Source: Yuukianura sp. NJ FZ-2021
Taxonomy: Eukaryota
DNA: 64,000 nt
Direction: 5' to 3'
Assembly: GCA_046563655.1 (NCBI GenBank)
Contig: CM102286.1
Coordinates: forward strand, 1,612,001-1,676,000
A program made the position numbers and the translations under genes. Below the pieces are notes generated by a model. It did not search any database, was not told the DNA's origin, and saw only the letters and a program-made list of their open reading frames with translations. Below are positions 13,197 through 25,105 of the stretch, piece by piece. Each line of letters opens with the position of its first letter. The first letter of the stretch is position 1.

Positions 13197-15743
13197 ATGG
13201 GGGTTCCTTTAGGTGCAGCCATGGTTACAGCAGTTTCATTTTTCTTTCAACTGGAAAGTCAGCACTTGATAGACATTGGGCGGAAGCAATACGAAGCAAA
13301 ACAGCGCGAAAACCCGCTCCAAGTGGAAACGTTTGATTTCATAGTCGGTAATATCTGCTATTCAGATGACGTTTTTTGTGTTTTCTAAAAAAAAAATTTA
13401 AAATGAGATTCGAAATTTAAAAAAATAATTGAAAACTTGTTCAGTTGGTAGTGGTACTGCCGGATCCATAGTTGCTGGAGAACTGTCCAAAACATTTCGT
13501 GTTTTGCTGCTGGAAGTCGGTGGCCCTGCGCCAACACTAACCAGAATTCCGGTATTCAGAACAATTGCCTACGCAATTCCAGAAATCAACCACGAGTATT
13601 CTTCAGTAAAGCAAAAACATGCTTTCAATAGGGTGAGTTCAACTGCACTTTGACCTTTGACATTTAAACTTTATAACTGCATGACCTTTGACCTTGGCAA
13701 CAGAGAGTGGAGCAACCAACTGGTAAAATGCTCGGTGGATCTCATGCCCACAACGACTTGATTTACAACAGAGGGCATAGGTATAATCCAAGCAATTTTT
13801 TTCTAAAACTTCAAAAATTGCACAAAACTTGCCAAAAAAATTGTTGATTTAGGCGTGACTACGACACAATTGCTGAGTTGACAGGAGACGACAGTTGGCG
13901 CTACGAAAATATTCTGCCAATTTTCAAAGAAATGGAAAACTACATGGGTCCATTTCCAGGATGTACGGAGCCTGTATTACTAACTCTAATTAGTAATTAC
14001 AACTAATTCCTATTACTGGAATGAATTACAATACAATTAATCATAAGTAATTACGATCACTTGAATAAGGATGCGCAAAAGTTAATTTTTATATTACAGC
14101 GCAGCGTGGTAAAAAAGGTCCAGTACCAACACGAATTCGAAATATAAAAGAACTTGAGTTTTACAAAGAGGCTGCCAAGGAACTTGGATGGAACTACTCG
14201 GACTCAAATGGACCGCAACAAGAAGGCAATGAATTTTCAAAATTTTAAAAACAAATTGGTTTTTGAAAAAAAAACTTTTCTTGAAGGCATTAGTCCTATT
14301 GACTTTACCCAAAGCAAAACTCGTGCCGTGACGACTTACAACGCCTACGTGGAGCCTTTTGTGACAAGCAGAAAGCTTCTGACTGTTCGCCCTCTAGCGG
14401 AAGTGACTCGAATTAAATTTAAAGGCACCACTGCCACTGGAGTCCAATACGAACAATTTGGAAAGTCGTTTAAAGCAACTGCATTAAGAGAAGTTATCAT
14501 CTGCGCAGGCGCATTCGGTTCGCCAATGCTTCTTTTCAAATCTGGAGTCGGACCTGCTCGTATGCTGGCAAAAGCAAACGTAATTTCCCGCGTTTTTTTA
14601 ATTTTTGAAAATTTGGAACTCGGAAAATTTTAAAATTCAAAAATATTCTCCCGCCTTTTACCTCTAGATAAAAGTGGTAAAGGACTTGCCTGTTGGAAAG
14701 AATCTTTATGACCATCCCGAATATGACTACAACGCGACAGCTCGGCGAGGTGTTTTAACCTTAGCCAAAAACCTAAACAAGAGCAATTTTTGGCGGGAAT
14801 CTTCAAAACCAAATCGACTTCTCACTAACGTCGACTATGTTGCACAAGGATACTTTGTAAGTAGTTTGGCCAAGAAAAGGGACGAAGCTGATTGGCCAGA
14901 TCTGCAGTTCTCTCGTCTCCAAACATTTGTAGATGACAATAGAAAAGTGAATGTGGTTTTGATTATGATTGTTGGACGACCGACGTCAGTTGGCACACTG
15001 AAATTAAACACGCGCCAATATTTGAATGGCGAAAGAGAAAACACGCGTCTTGCTTTGATTGACAACAAATACCTTGCTGACCCCGATGATTTGCAGCTTT
15101 TTCTAGAAGGTTAGACGCTACTCAAGTCAAAATTCAAATCTCAGTTCTGAATTTTAAATTTCCTTGTTTTTTTTTTGAATCTGTTCGTTTAGGGCTAAAC
15201 CTGAATCGTAAATTGTTTAACACTACGGCTCTAAGAAAACTTGGAATTGAGGTTGTACCGGACAAAAAAGATTGCACAAAAACCGCGAAATTCCAATCAG
15301 AAGAATACTGGATTTGCTCTATTAAAAAAAATTTGGCTACTACGTTCCACCCTTGTTGTACATGTCGCATGGGCCATCGTGAGAATACTACAAACTCGGT
15401 TGTGGATATTAACTTTAAGTAAGGTGTTAATTAACTAACCCTAATTAATTTCAATAGAAAACCTCACTAACAAGTATACTAAATTTGTGTTCACTAATAA
15501 TCAGGGATCTCAAACATATTTAGTCTCCGCGCCCGTAATGTTAACAAAAAAAATATTTGGGGTTTTTGTTTAATTTAATTTAACTAAACATTCACATTGT
15601 AATTCAGGGTTTACGGACTTCAAAGGCTCAGAATCGTTGACTCTTCCGTATTGCCGCTAATCACCAACGCAAACACGAATGCTCCTACAATGGCACTGGC
15701 AATGAAAGGTGTTAAAACCATATTAAAACAAAATATGTTTTAA
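13197..15743 (+). CDS. GMC oxidoreductase, copy 3
   Basis: Same exon structure and motifs ([24 protein letters not shown]). Confidence 0.93.
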
Positions 15744-15993
15744 AAAGTGGTTTATTTTATTATATTTTATTGCATTTTATTATACCTTATTTGAGAAACA
15801 TGCAACATTGACATAAACAAACACGCTGCTGATCAGAATTAGAAGTTCCTCACCAAGTCATACAGATTCGTGATAAATGTGAAGCTCTTCAATGGAAGAT
15901 TAGAATCAGTTTAACATTAATTAATTAAACATGTTGCTAAATATTTTGCAGCAACGCATTTAATGCTTGGGTCATTGACCTTTTGGTGACCTT

Positions 15994-18900
15994 TTAAGAG
16001 GTCATCGGGAGGTCATGATTAATCGGAGCGCTAAAGGTCAAAATCCCCTCAGCAGACAGTGTAGGCTGAAAATCTCGCGGATCAACGCCATGCGGAATTG
16101 AAAATTTCTTGTTAAACGAACGACTTGAAAATTCCGTTTTTTGCTCTCCGTGAACCGTAACGACGTACTTGGTGATCCGAATGGTGATATCTTCTGGTCC
16201 ATAGCCAGATACATCATAAACCATCTAAAAGTTAAAAAATATATTAATAATAATGAATAATTAATTAATATATATAATATAAAACTCTTTTATGTCTCTT
16301 ACAGTGAAAGTTTTCTCGTTCCGGTCAATGTCTCTAACGTGACCGCCTTCAATCGTTTCCTTTGCCGCATTAAGATCAAGTGTGGTTTTCAGAACTGTAG
16401 TTTTTTGTGTAGAGGTCGTTGACCTTTGTGAAGTTGTTGATTGCTGTTGTTGTTGTTGTTGTTGTTGGGTTTGAGTCGACCGGATTTGTTGTTCGTGAAC
16501 GTTCCTATGTTCAACTTGTTGTTGTTGAACAGTTTTCTGTTGAAGTTGTTGCGTATCCGTGACTTGTTGTTGTTGCTGTTGCAAAACCTTTTGTTGTTGC
16601 GTTACTGTAGTCTGTTGTTGTTGCGTCGTTTTTTCATGAGTCTGCGTAACTTTTCCGATGATGGTCAAGAATCCGTCGTGACTGATTTCACTTGTGATGG
16701 ATCTGGCTTCAACGCCCTCTGGAAGTGGAACTTCCTTGTAAAACGACTTTTTGGAAAACTTCGTTTCGTGTTTTCCCTCAATTTTGATCATGGTTTTCGT
16801 AATTCTGATTTCAATTTCTTCACGTCTGTATTCCTTTACGTCAATGACGACCTATGACATAAAAAAAAATTGGTATAATATTTTTTGAACTTTTTTTAAA
16901 ATTTGGTGCTAACTTTTACCTTAAACGTTTTTCCGTCGTTGAATTGCGTAACTTTATTTGTTTCTTCATTGGAACTAGATTTTGTTAACGTATTTTCCTT
17001 CTGCTGCGTTTCACGTTGAATTTCGTGAACATTCACAACAGAAAAGTCTTGTTCAATCTTGTGTGTGATTTCTTTTTGTGCTTGTGGTTGTGGTTGTTGC
17101 GGCGCAGGAGTCGGAGCTTGTTGAGCAGGTTTCTTCTCAACGGGAGCTGAAATTGTAAGATGCCCATTGTGTGTAATGGTGCTTTGAATTTTCGAGGGCT
17201 CCACTCCTTCTGGAATTGGATGTTCTTTTGTAAATGAGCGACTTGAAAAATCCCGCGTTTGTTTTCCTTCAATTCGAATCGTAGTTTTTGAAACTTTGAC
17301 GGTAATTTCCTCCCGGCGGTATTTTGAAACGTCGAGAACCAGCTGAAATTAAAAAAAAACATCAAATTAGTTTTGAAAAAGTTGGAAAAATTTAAACCCA
17401 AAAGGATTTAGAAGAAAGTTGCTAATTTTTTATTTTTTTTATTTTTTGAAGGTTTACTTCATATTTGTCCTCGTTCAGAACATTGCTGATTTCTTTTGGT
17501 GCGTCCGATTCCGGTGATCCGGGTCGTACCGACGGTTCCTGCGTCGGTACAACAACAAAATCGTCGTCTCCGGTTTCTTGCGGTTTGGTCGGTTCGTTTG
17601 GAGTGACCGGTTTTTGTTGAGTTGGTGTTGGCTGCGGTTGGACATTTGTGGTTGGACCGCTAGATGGCTGAGCTGCAACGTTCGGTACATTTTGACTTTG
17701 CTGTGGTGACTCAGTTGACGGTTTCAGGGGCACTTTGACAACCAAGACGCCATTTGGAGCCAAACCGCTTGTCACATCTTTTGGCTCAACGCCATCCGGA
17801 ATTGGCACTTTTTTCAAAAAAGATCGACTTCCAAAGTCATCTTCATGTCTTCCCTCAATTACCAAAATTCGCTTCACAATTCTCACTCGGAGTTCTTCTT
17901 TTGTGTATTCCGTTACGTTCACTCTCACCTAAAACCACAAAAAATATTAAAAAAAAAAGTTAGACATCGCAAGTTTTTTTCTTTCAAAAATTCTAGGCAT
18001 CGTTCCAAAAAGTCTATAAATAATTAGATCCTGACGCCTATTTTTGTTCCGGTTCGTTTAGTTTTCTAAATTCGAAACAAATTTTAAACAAGAAACCGTA
18101 CCGTCGTCTGGTGTTCGTCGTTTGTTTGACTCAGTTCGTTCGGTACGTCACTGGATGGCGATGAAGATACCACGCGTGGTTCGTCTTTAGGTAACGGTTG
18201 GATTTGAACCGGTTCGACTCCTTCTTCGGTATCGGCAGGGAATTGGGGCGTTCGACTCACCGGTTGGGGCTGACCTGCAGGCTGGGCTGATGGTCGACCT
18301 GCAGGTTGGGTTGAAGGCTGACCTGCAGGTTGCTGTGGTTTATCTTTCAAGGTCGGAGTGATTTGTGGCTGCTGCGGAATTGTTTCGGTAGCCCTCCGGC
18401 ATTGCTCTTGTTGTAGTTGCTCCTGTTGCTGTTGAGTAACTTGCTGTTCTTGCTGCGTTACCTGCTGCGTAACTTCTTGTCGTCGTTGCTCCGTGACATG
18501 TTGTTGCTGCGTTTTCTGAACTTGGGTTTGCGTCTGCGTCACTTGCGTTTCTTGGCGTGTATCCACTGCTGTGCTGGGTGACGAATCAAGTGGAGCCGTT
18601 ACCGTAAGGATTCCGTCAGTGGTCAAAGTACATTCGGTTTGTTCAACTTTGATGCCATTGGTTGTGTATTCCTTGTAGAATGACCTGTGACTGTGACCTG
18701 AGTGACCTACAATGTACTCTGACTCATGTTGACCTTCAATGGTAATCTTGTACTTGGTCACCTTGACCTTGATCTCTTCAGCCCTGAACTGAGTACTGAC
18801 GTTGACGCGAATCTGCAAAACCGAAATTTTGAAATTTATAACATACTTCCCACTCTTTTTTTTTAAATGCAATGTTTCTCGACTTTGATTTTCTTTAAGA

Positions 18901-19952
18901 GGTTGACCAATATTTTATGTTTTTTTGGTTTTGCAAAAAAATAAGTGTTCTTTCTTTTCCGGGTGTCGTAGTCATAGAAATACAGCCGAATTTTTTAAAT
19001 TTTACTTACGAATTGGTACCAATTTGGATTAATACAAAAATTGGTTCCAATTTTTTTTTCTTTTTTTTTTATCAACAAACGAGGTAGTGCTCAACCTGTT
19101 CAAGAAAATTAACTTTTTGTTGTCAAGAAACCTTGGTTTAAATGTGTGTTTTACCGTAAAATTCTTGTCGTCAACGAAGGTTCCGAGTTCCTGTGGAATC
19201 GTCGGCGGATTGACTTTGCGAGGACAAATTCCCGGGCAGGAATCAGTTGTTGAGCCTACATCAGTAACACTGCTGGAGTTGCTAACATTAGACGACGTGA
19301 CCTTTGACACAGTCGTCTGAGTCAACTGATTTTGTGCCTCTCTTTCAATCGGTGCGCTAATTTTCAGTATTCCGTCTTTGCTCAAACTGCATTTGATCTT
19401 TTCTGGAGTCACTCCCGGGGGAATACTAAATTTTTTACTAAACGACCGAGATTTGAAATTATTTTCGTTAATTTTAATTTCCTGTTTCCCGGTAATCATC
19501 ACAACGTCATCCAAAACTTTGACCTGGATGTCATCCGGAGCATACTCTGCCACGTCTACCTTCATCTACAACAAAACAGTTAGATTTAGCTCAAAGGTCA
19601 AAGGTCAAAGGTCATTGACCTTTCAACTTACTTCAAAAGTATCCTGTTTCTGGAGACAAGCCACTTGAGTCGACACGTCTTCAAAGTCACGCTCGTTTCC
19701 GCTGAATCTTTCTCCCAAAAAACGTAGCGGTTCCATCATAAAGTCTCCATCCGTGTTGAACATTTTTTGAATTTGCGTGATTTGGCGCGTTTCTTTTCGT
19801 GACGAAAGTGGCGACCCCTCGTGACCTCCGAATTCTCCAAGCGAACTGGAACTCTCCACACTTTCACTGCTGTGCTGCACAACGCGATGAATGGATTTCG
19901 TCGTTTTCGTGACAGTGCTCCGTTCTTCCTGGACTTCATGATGCTGATCCAT
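15994..19952 (-). CDS. small heat-shock protein (HSP20 family) with six tandem alpha-crystallin domains, ~1038 aa
   Basis: Exons 19952-19632, 19565-19155, 18812-18102, 17928-17458, 17342-16920, 16851-16303, 16224-15994, all joined by phase-0 GT-AG introns. Exons 2-7 each carry [D/N]V..[Y/F]..[E/D][E/D]I.V.....I.G....S[R/K]SF.K...IP.GV......L...G.L.I.AP. The linkers are Q/T/P-rich. Confidence 0.88.
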
Positions 19953-20088
19953 CGTTTAACTTTTAAGTTTGAATAAGTTAATGTCAATTAAATTTAACTT
20001 TAACTGAGGTTTCTGTTTGTTCAAGGGCGTGGTTTGACCTGCAACTTGTCAAGTGTGCTACTAAACTCAAGATTTGTGAAAGTGGCTT

Positions 20089-20096
20089 GTTTTATA
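20089..20096 (-). promoter_or_regulatory. putative TATA box of the multi-ACD sHSP gene
   Basis: CTATAAAA on the minus strand ~140 bp upstream of the ATG at 19952. Confidence 0.4.
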
Positions 20097-20673
20097 GCAG
20101 ATTTTGGAAATCTCCTCCTCCTCTTTTTCGAAACTTAAGTGACGAATCCTTAAGAACGAAGAAAGATCGAGATCATTGTATCTTTTCAGATTCAAAAAAA
20201 ATGTTGCAAGCTGCGGGATTTGAAACTGTGGAGGATGTCATGACCATAATTGAAACACCTACGCAGAAAACATAAAATAGACTTGTGAATAACTTTTACA
20301 GTTGAACATTTCCAATGTGGAAACGCTAAAGGAAGAAGATGAGTCCACCAACTGCAGATGAGATCACCAAAATGCATTTTAAGTGAAAAGAACAAAAAAA
20401 GTTGGCTAAATTCCAAGAAATTTTTTGGTTTAAAAAAAATTCTATGACAAGATCCCTCTAGCCTTGATGACAATTTGCCAAATTAAGAATTTTTGTGACA
20501 ATTCCGACGTGACATGGACTTAGACTGACGTAAAACGGACATTCCAGAAGAATTCAATTAAAAAGCACAAGAAAATTTTCATACCATTTTAGTTCAAACC
20601 GAATTTATTTTCATACTTTTTAAAATTTTGAATTTTTCTAAACTATTTTTTGAAACCTAGTCGGAATTCATTA

Positions 20674-23537
20674 TTATACGTAAATTTCTTGGTCTTCAGT
20701 TTTTAAACTAACGGCGGCTTCTTTGATTTTTTCCAGTCGTTCCTTAGTTGTGCGAAGTTCATCCTAATTAGAAAAATTTATATATTTTAACACTGTTTTT
20801 GAAATTTTCTAAAATTTGGGACTTACGCGTAGTGCATTTGCCTCTTTGATTGAAATTTCATAAAGTTTTTCAGTTTTTGCATTTTTGGCATTGGCTTCAT
20901 CCAGTTTATAGCAAAAATTTTTTCGTTGTTGAGCTGCTTCACGTCCTTGTTTTTCAGCAACTTGGAGCAATCTGTTTGCCGTTTTCTTTTCAAGTGAAAG
21001 TCTACTGATTTCTTGAACAGCCAAATTCAAATCGGATTTCAATTTTTCCTGTGTAGTTTCATACCGGCGAAGTTGAATTTCATCCATTTTGATTTTACTT
21101 TTAAATTGACCAAGACGTAAATAGTATTCTTTTTTGGCCGTATTTTCCCGCTCTGCCTTTGTTTCTTCTAAAATTTGAATTTTCTTGTTCAGTTGAGCCA
21201 CTTGTTCAGTCAAAACGTCGTTGTCATGCGCCAGAGCTTTGTTAAAGGTCAACTGATCAGCCAAGTTGGATTTCTCTGCTGCTAGTTCCACTAGTGACGA
21301 ATTGTAGTTTTTCAAAATCTAAAAAAAAATTATCCAAAATTTTCAGAAAATTAAAAAAAAAGTTTGCTTTTTACGTTTTCCATTTCCAGTTTCGTTTCTT
21401 CCAAAGACGCCATCAATTTTACACTTTCTTGTCCAAGTTTTCGGTTGAACGAAGCCGTTTCAGCTTCACGTCGAGTCACATCTTGTAGCTGGTTCAATGT
21501 ATCTTGAAGATCTTCTTCAGTCTACTTCAAAAAAAAATATTTTCAAAATTTTGAACTTTCTTTTTATGAAATTTTGAAATGACCTTTGCATGTGCTCTGC
21601 GTAGTTGCGACTTTTCACTTTCTCCAACTTCAAAACTTGTTTTCAACTGCCGAATAATTGCCTTATTTTCGGAATCTCTTTTTCTAAAAGTTTCGGCAAC
21701 TGCTTGGGCATCTTTCAGCAAAAGTTGAAGAGCGCTGCATTCACTTTCCAGTTTTTGAATTCGTTCAACTTTGACATCGTCTGACGTTTTTTCAGAATTT
21801 AAGTTCATCATGACCTCGGCTTCGACGAGTTTCATTTCCAGTTCACGTTTTAAACCAAGGATTTCAGTCTTTTCTTTTTCGACTTCCGAAAGTTGAAACT
21901 CCAGTTCTGAAAAGAGGAAGCAAAAGAAAGTTAATTTAAATATATTTAGTTAAATTATTTATTTTAATTATGAGATTAATTCAATTAATTATTTAAACTT
22001 GCTTTTCAATTTCATTTGATTTGATTCTTCCGCCTCCCGCAACTCTTCTTGGTGTCGCTCAAATTCCTGTTTTTGCTTTCGCCGAAGTTCAGCAACATTT
22101 TCTTCTAAACGCTTTTTAGCCTTTTGCTCCTCCTCTAGTTCTTCTGAAAGTAAAGATTGTTCCAGTTCCTACACACATACAGAATATTTCAAGTGAATTT
22201 TTTATCCACGCGTGAAAAATTCACGTGCGATTTACAAACTGACCCGAATGCCAAAACTTACAAGTTTTTCCAGTTTTGACTGGAAATTGGTTTTGAGTTG
22301 CTCAATTTCAGCCGCGTGTTGAACTCTACCATCAGCCATTTCGGCTTCCATTGAATCCAATTTGTTTGCTTTTAAATGTACATCGAGTTTTAGCCGCTAA
22401 ATTCAAAAGCGAAATGTAATTACATTGTAATTCAAACGAATTCACATGAATTACTTTGTAATTACATGAAGTTCCTTTCTAAGGAGTTCAGTTTGTTGTG
22501 AAATTTCAACTTTTTCGTTCTTCAGTTGCTCAATAACGGAATTCCTTATGCTCAAAGTAGCCTCACATTTTGACAATTCTTCAGAAGCTTTTTGAAATTT
22601 TTCATCCAAAAGTCCGTTTTTCATTTTTTCATTTTGGAAATTAGACTGGACTTGGTTTAATTCCAGCGTCAATGACCGCATTTCCTGTTGTAACTTTGAG
22701 GCCAATTGGCGCTGCTCTTCGGCAATCTGGGACGCTTCAGAGCACTTTTTCAAAAAAAAAAAAAAGTTCAAAATTTCGAAACATTTTTAAACGAAAATAA
22801 ATGCTTCACACATGGCTTTTTCTGACCTGCTTCTCTAATGTTTTTCTTAAAAGTAAGATCTTGTCTGAAAAGAATGTCTCCCTGGCCTGAATTCTTCGTT
22901 TGACGGATTCCATTTCCAGTTGACTCTTTCGTTGCATCAAATCCTTCCTACGTCAAAAAGGTATAATTTTATATAAAATTATATATTATTTATTAATATA
23001 TTAATATTATCACACATTCTATACTAAAATTTAGTTCATTTTCTTTTCTTACATTGAAAAGATTGACATCGATCCTGGTTCTGAAGTAAAAGGAACGCAA
23101 TTAATTTTTTGGTTAATTTCCACCAGTAAGCTGTTTTCCTCATTTTCAAAATTTTGAAATTTTGTTTCCAATTTTGAACAATTTGTACGAATCGATTCCG
23201 TCGGAGTTGTGGTTTCCCTTGGATTATTTTGATTTCCAGTTTCAAAATTTTGATTTCCATTTCCATTTTCATCAAGTTCAAAATCATTTTGGCTCAGAGA
23301 TGCCAGTGACTCGGTAGAGCTGAACAGCGAAATTGAGTTGCTCGTAATACTTTGAACTGAATCTCGTTTTTTGAAATTTGAAAAATAATTTTTGAATTTC
23401 GATTCCGATTCCAAATTTTGTCCAGATCGATGCAGAAAGTCCGTGATGCGTGTTGAAAGTCGATCAAACTTTCGGTCAGAATCGGTTCGAATTAGTGGAA
23501 AGAAGTGCCCTCTGTTCTTCATTTCAATGATGGACAT
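20674..23537 (-). CDS. long coiled-coil protein of unknown function (multi-exon, start uncertain)
   Basis: Series of E/K/Q/L-rich heptad ORFs (22451-22771, 21527-21835, 20809-21315, others) with splice sites. The last exon ends ...KTEDQEIYV* at 20674. Confidence 0.65.
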
Positions 23538-24847
23538 GTTGGAAGTCGTTGTTTGAACACGTTTGAACACGCGTGTGTCTTGATTAGAACAAGGTTAAAC
23601 TAATACTTCCTGTTCTAAAGATTCATCTTCTTCAAAACAGCCCAGCAGCGGTGCTCGTCAACTTCATCCGGATTGGCTTTCGTCCAAGTTCCATTCAGTT
23701 TTAGCCTGTTCAATTAAAAAGACTAAATTAAAACCAGATGCTTAAAAGAACACAAAGAAATTAGCAAAAAAAAAAAACTTTTGTTCTGTTTTCAAATTTT
23801 GTCACCAATCCAAAAAATAAGGTTTGCAAACTCAAAATTTTAGAACCAATTTGTCTCCAAATTTTGAACCTTTGCAAGTTTTTGTACTTTTTGAAATTGA
23901 GTAACTTACAGAAACTTTGTGCTAAAATGGATAAAAAGGAAGCTTAAAGTTCCAGTTTGAGAATTTTAGACTTTTTGGACTTTAAACCTGAATGAAATGA
24001 AGAAAATGAAAGGGACGTGCTGTTCAAGCAGCATTTGGAAAAGAAATGTTTTAAAAAAGAAATGCACCGAGTCTGAGTTCTTCCAAGATCTAAGGAAGAA
24101 TGAGCAGGGGATGCTGAGATCTTGATCTGGAAGATCTTGAGCGCTACAATTTTTTTTGGCAAATGAAACCGAAATAGGTTTGCGTAAAATCTAAAATGGT
24201 TTCTATCTACGAAAGTAAGTGTAAACTTTAAAAAAAACCTTGGCATCAGACATGGGTTGAAAATCAATTAATGTCACTTCCTCTTCACTTGACTTGTTTT
24301 TCAAAATATGAAATGTTTAGAAAAGTATTTCTTGTGATGAAGTGACAGTGCGTAAATGATAACAAATGAAATGAAGTAAATGATAATGCTAAAGTTCAAA
24401 CTCTTGAACGTTTTGGTGATTCATAACTTTCTTAAATATAGTTAGTAATAAAAAAAAAGTAAAAAAGCAACTCTATGCTCAAGTGAATTAAAAGTGCTGA
24501 AATGAATTAACAATACCTCATCAGTCAGTAATGCAAAATTTTAGGTAATATACTTGGAGGTAATAAACATAGGAACCAGAGCTTATTAAAGTATAGTCGC
24601 AGTTACAGCTAAATTCTGAAAAGTAAAACGAATGAAGGATGGATGGAAAACGTCATGGGCGCAGCCCCAGTGGGTACGCGGAGCATTCTCATATTTTAGA
24701 AAACTATTTTTGCAATTATCCAGCTACGCAAATTCTTGGATTGAGGCATGTGTAGATTCTTTACACAAACCAGTAATAGAACCTTATAAATTTTTTTTTA
24801 TAAATAAATATTATAAACAAATATTTTAAATATTATAAAAACTGGTC

Positions 24848-24986
24848 CAGAGAATAGCCAGATAAGTCAGAGAAAGTGATAACAATGTTACAAGTTATGT
24901 TAAAGAGGTCATCCGGTAGGTGTGAAAAGCGGAGCTTATAACCACCTCGTTATCAGAGTTTCTCTGACTTATCTGACTATTCCCTG
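24848..24986. mobile_element. short inverted-repeat element (MITE-like) ~120 bp upstream of the zinc-finger gene
   Basis: CAGAGAATAGCCAGATAAGTCAGAGAAA...TTTCTCTGACTTATCTGACTATTCCCTG, ~35-bp imperfect inverted repeat. No TSD visible. Confidence 0.55.
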
Positions 24987-25105
24987 CACCCTATATTAAA
25001 AAGTTCTTAGAACGTTTCCTTTGTGTTCAATTTAATTACGTAGTATTAATTGGTCTAGTTTTTAATGACCTAGTTGTGTGACACAATACCTTGACCGGAG
25101 TGAAA

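Noticed and set aside
7382..15743. GMC oxidases and GT8 genes as tailoring enzymes of a terpene biosynthetic cluster
   Set aside because: The GMCs are ~45 kb from the TPS with unrelated genes between, the GT8 copies are frameshifted, and no prenyltransferase or P450 is visible.
16441..16857. Poly-Leu ORF on the plus strand and other antisense or short ORFs in the track
   Set aside because: These are shadows of the CAA-rich sHSP exon or of other real exons, or AT-rich intronic noise.
19960..20600. Heat-shock elements upstream of the sHSP
   Set aside because: Only two-unit or mis-spaced nGAAn/nTTCn matches were found (e.g. ~20541), with no clear three-unit HSE.
23540..24300. Upstream coding exons for the coiled-coil gene
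   Set aside because: The candidate frames checked near 23600-23700 contain stops and no convincing coding exon was seen further upstream, so the start could not be fixed.
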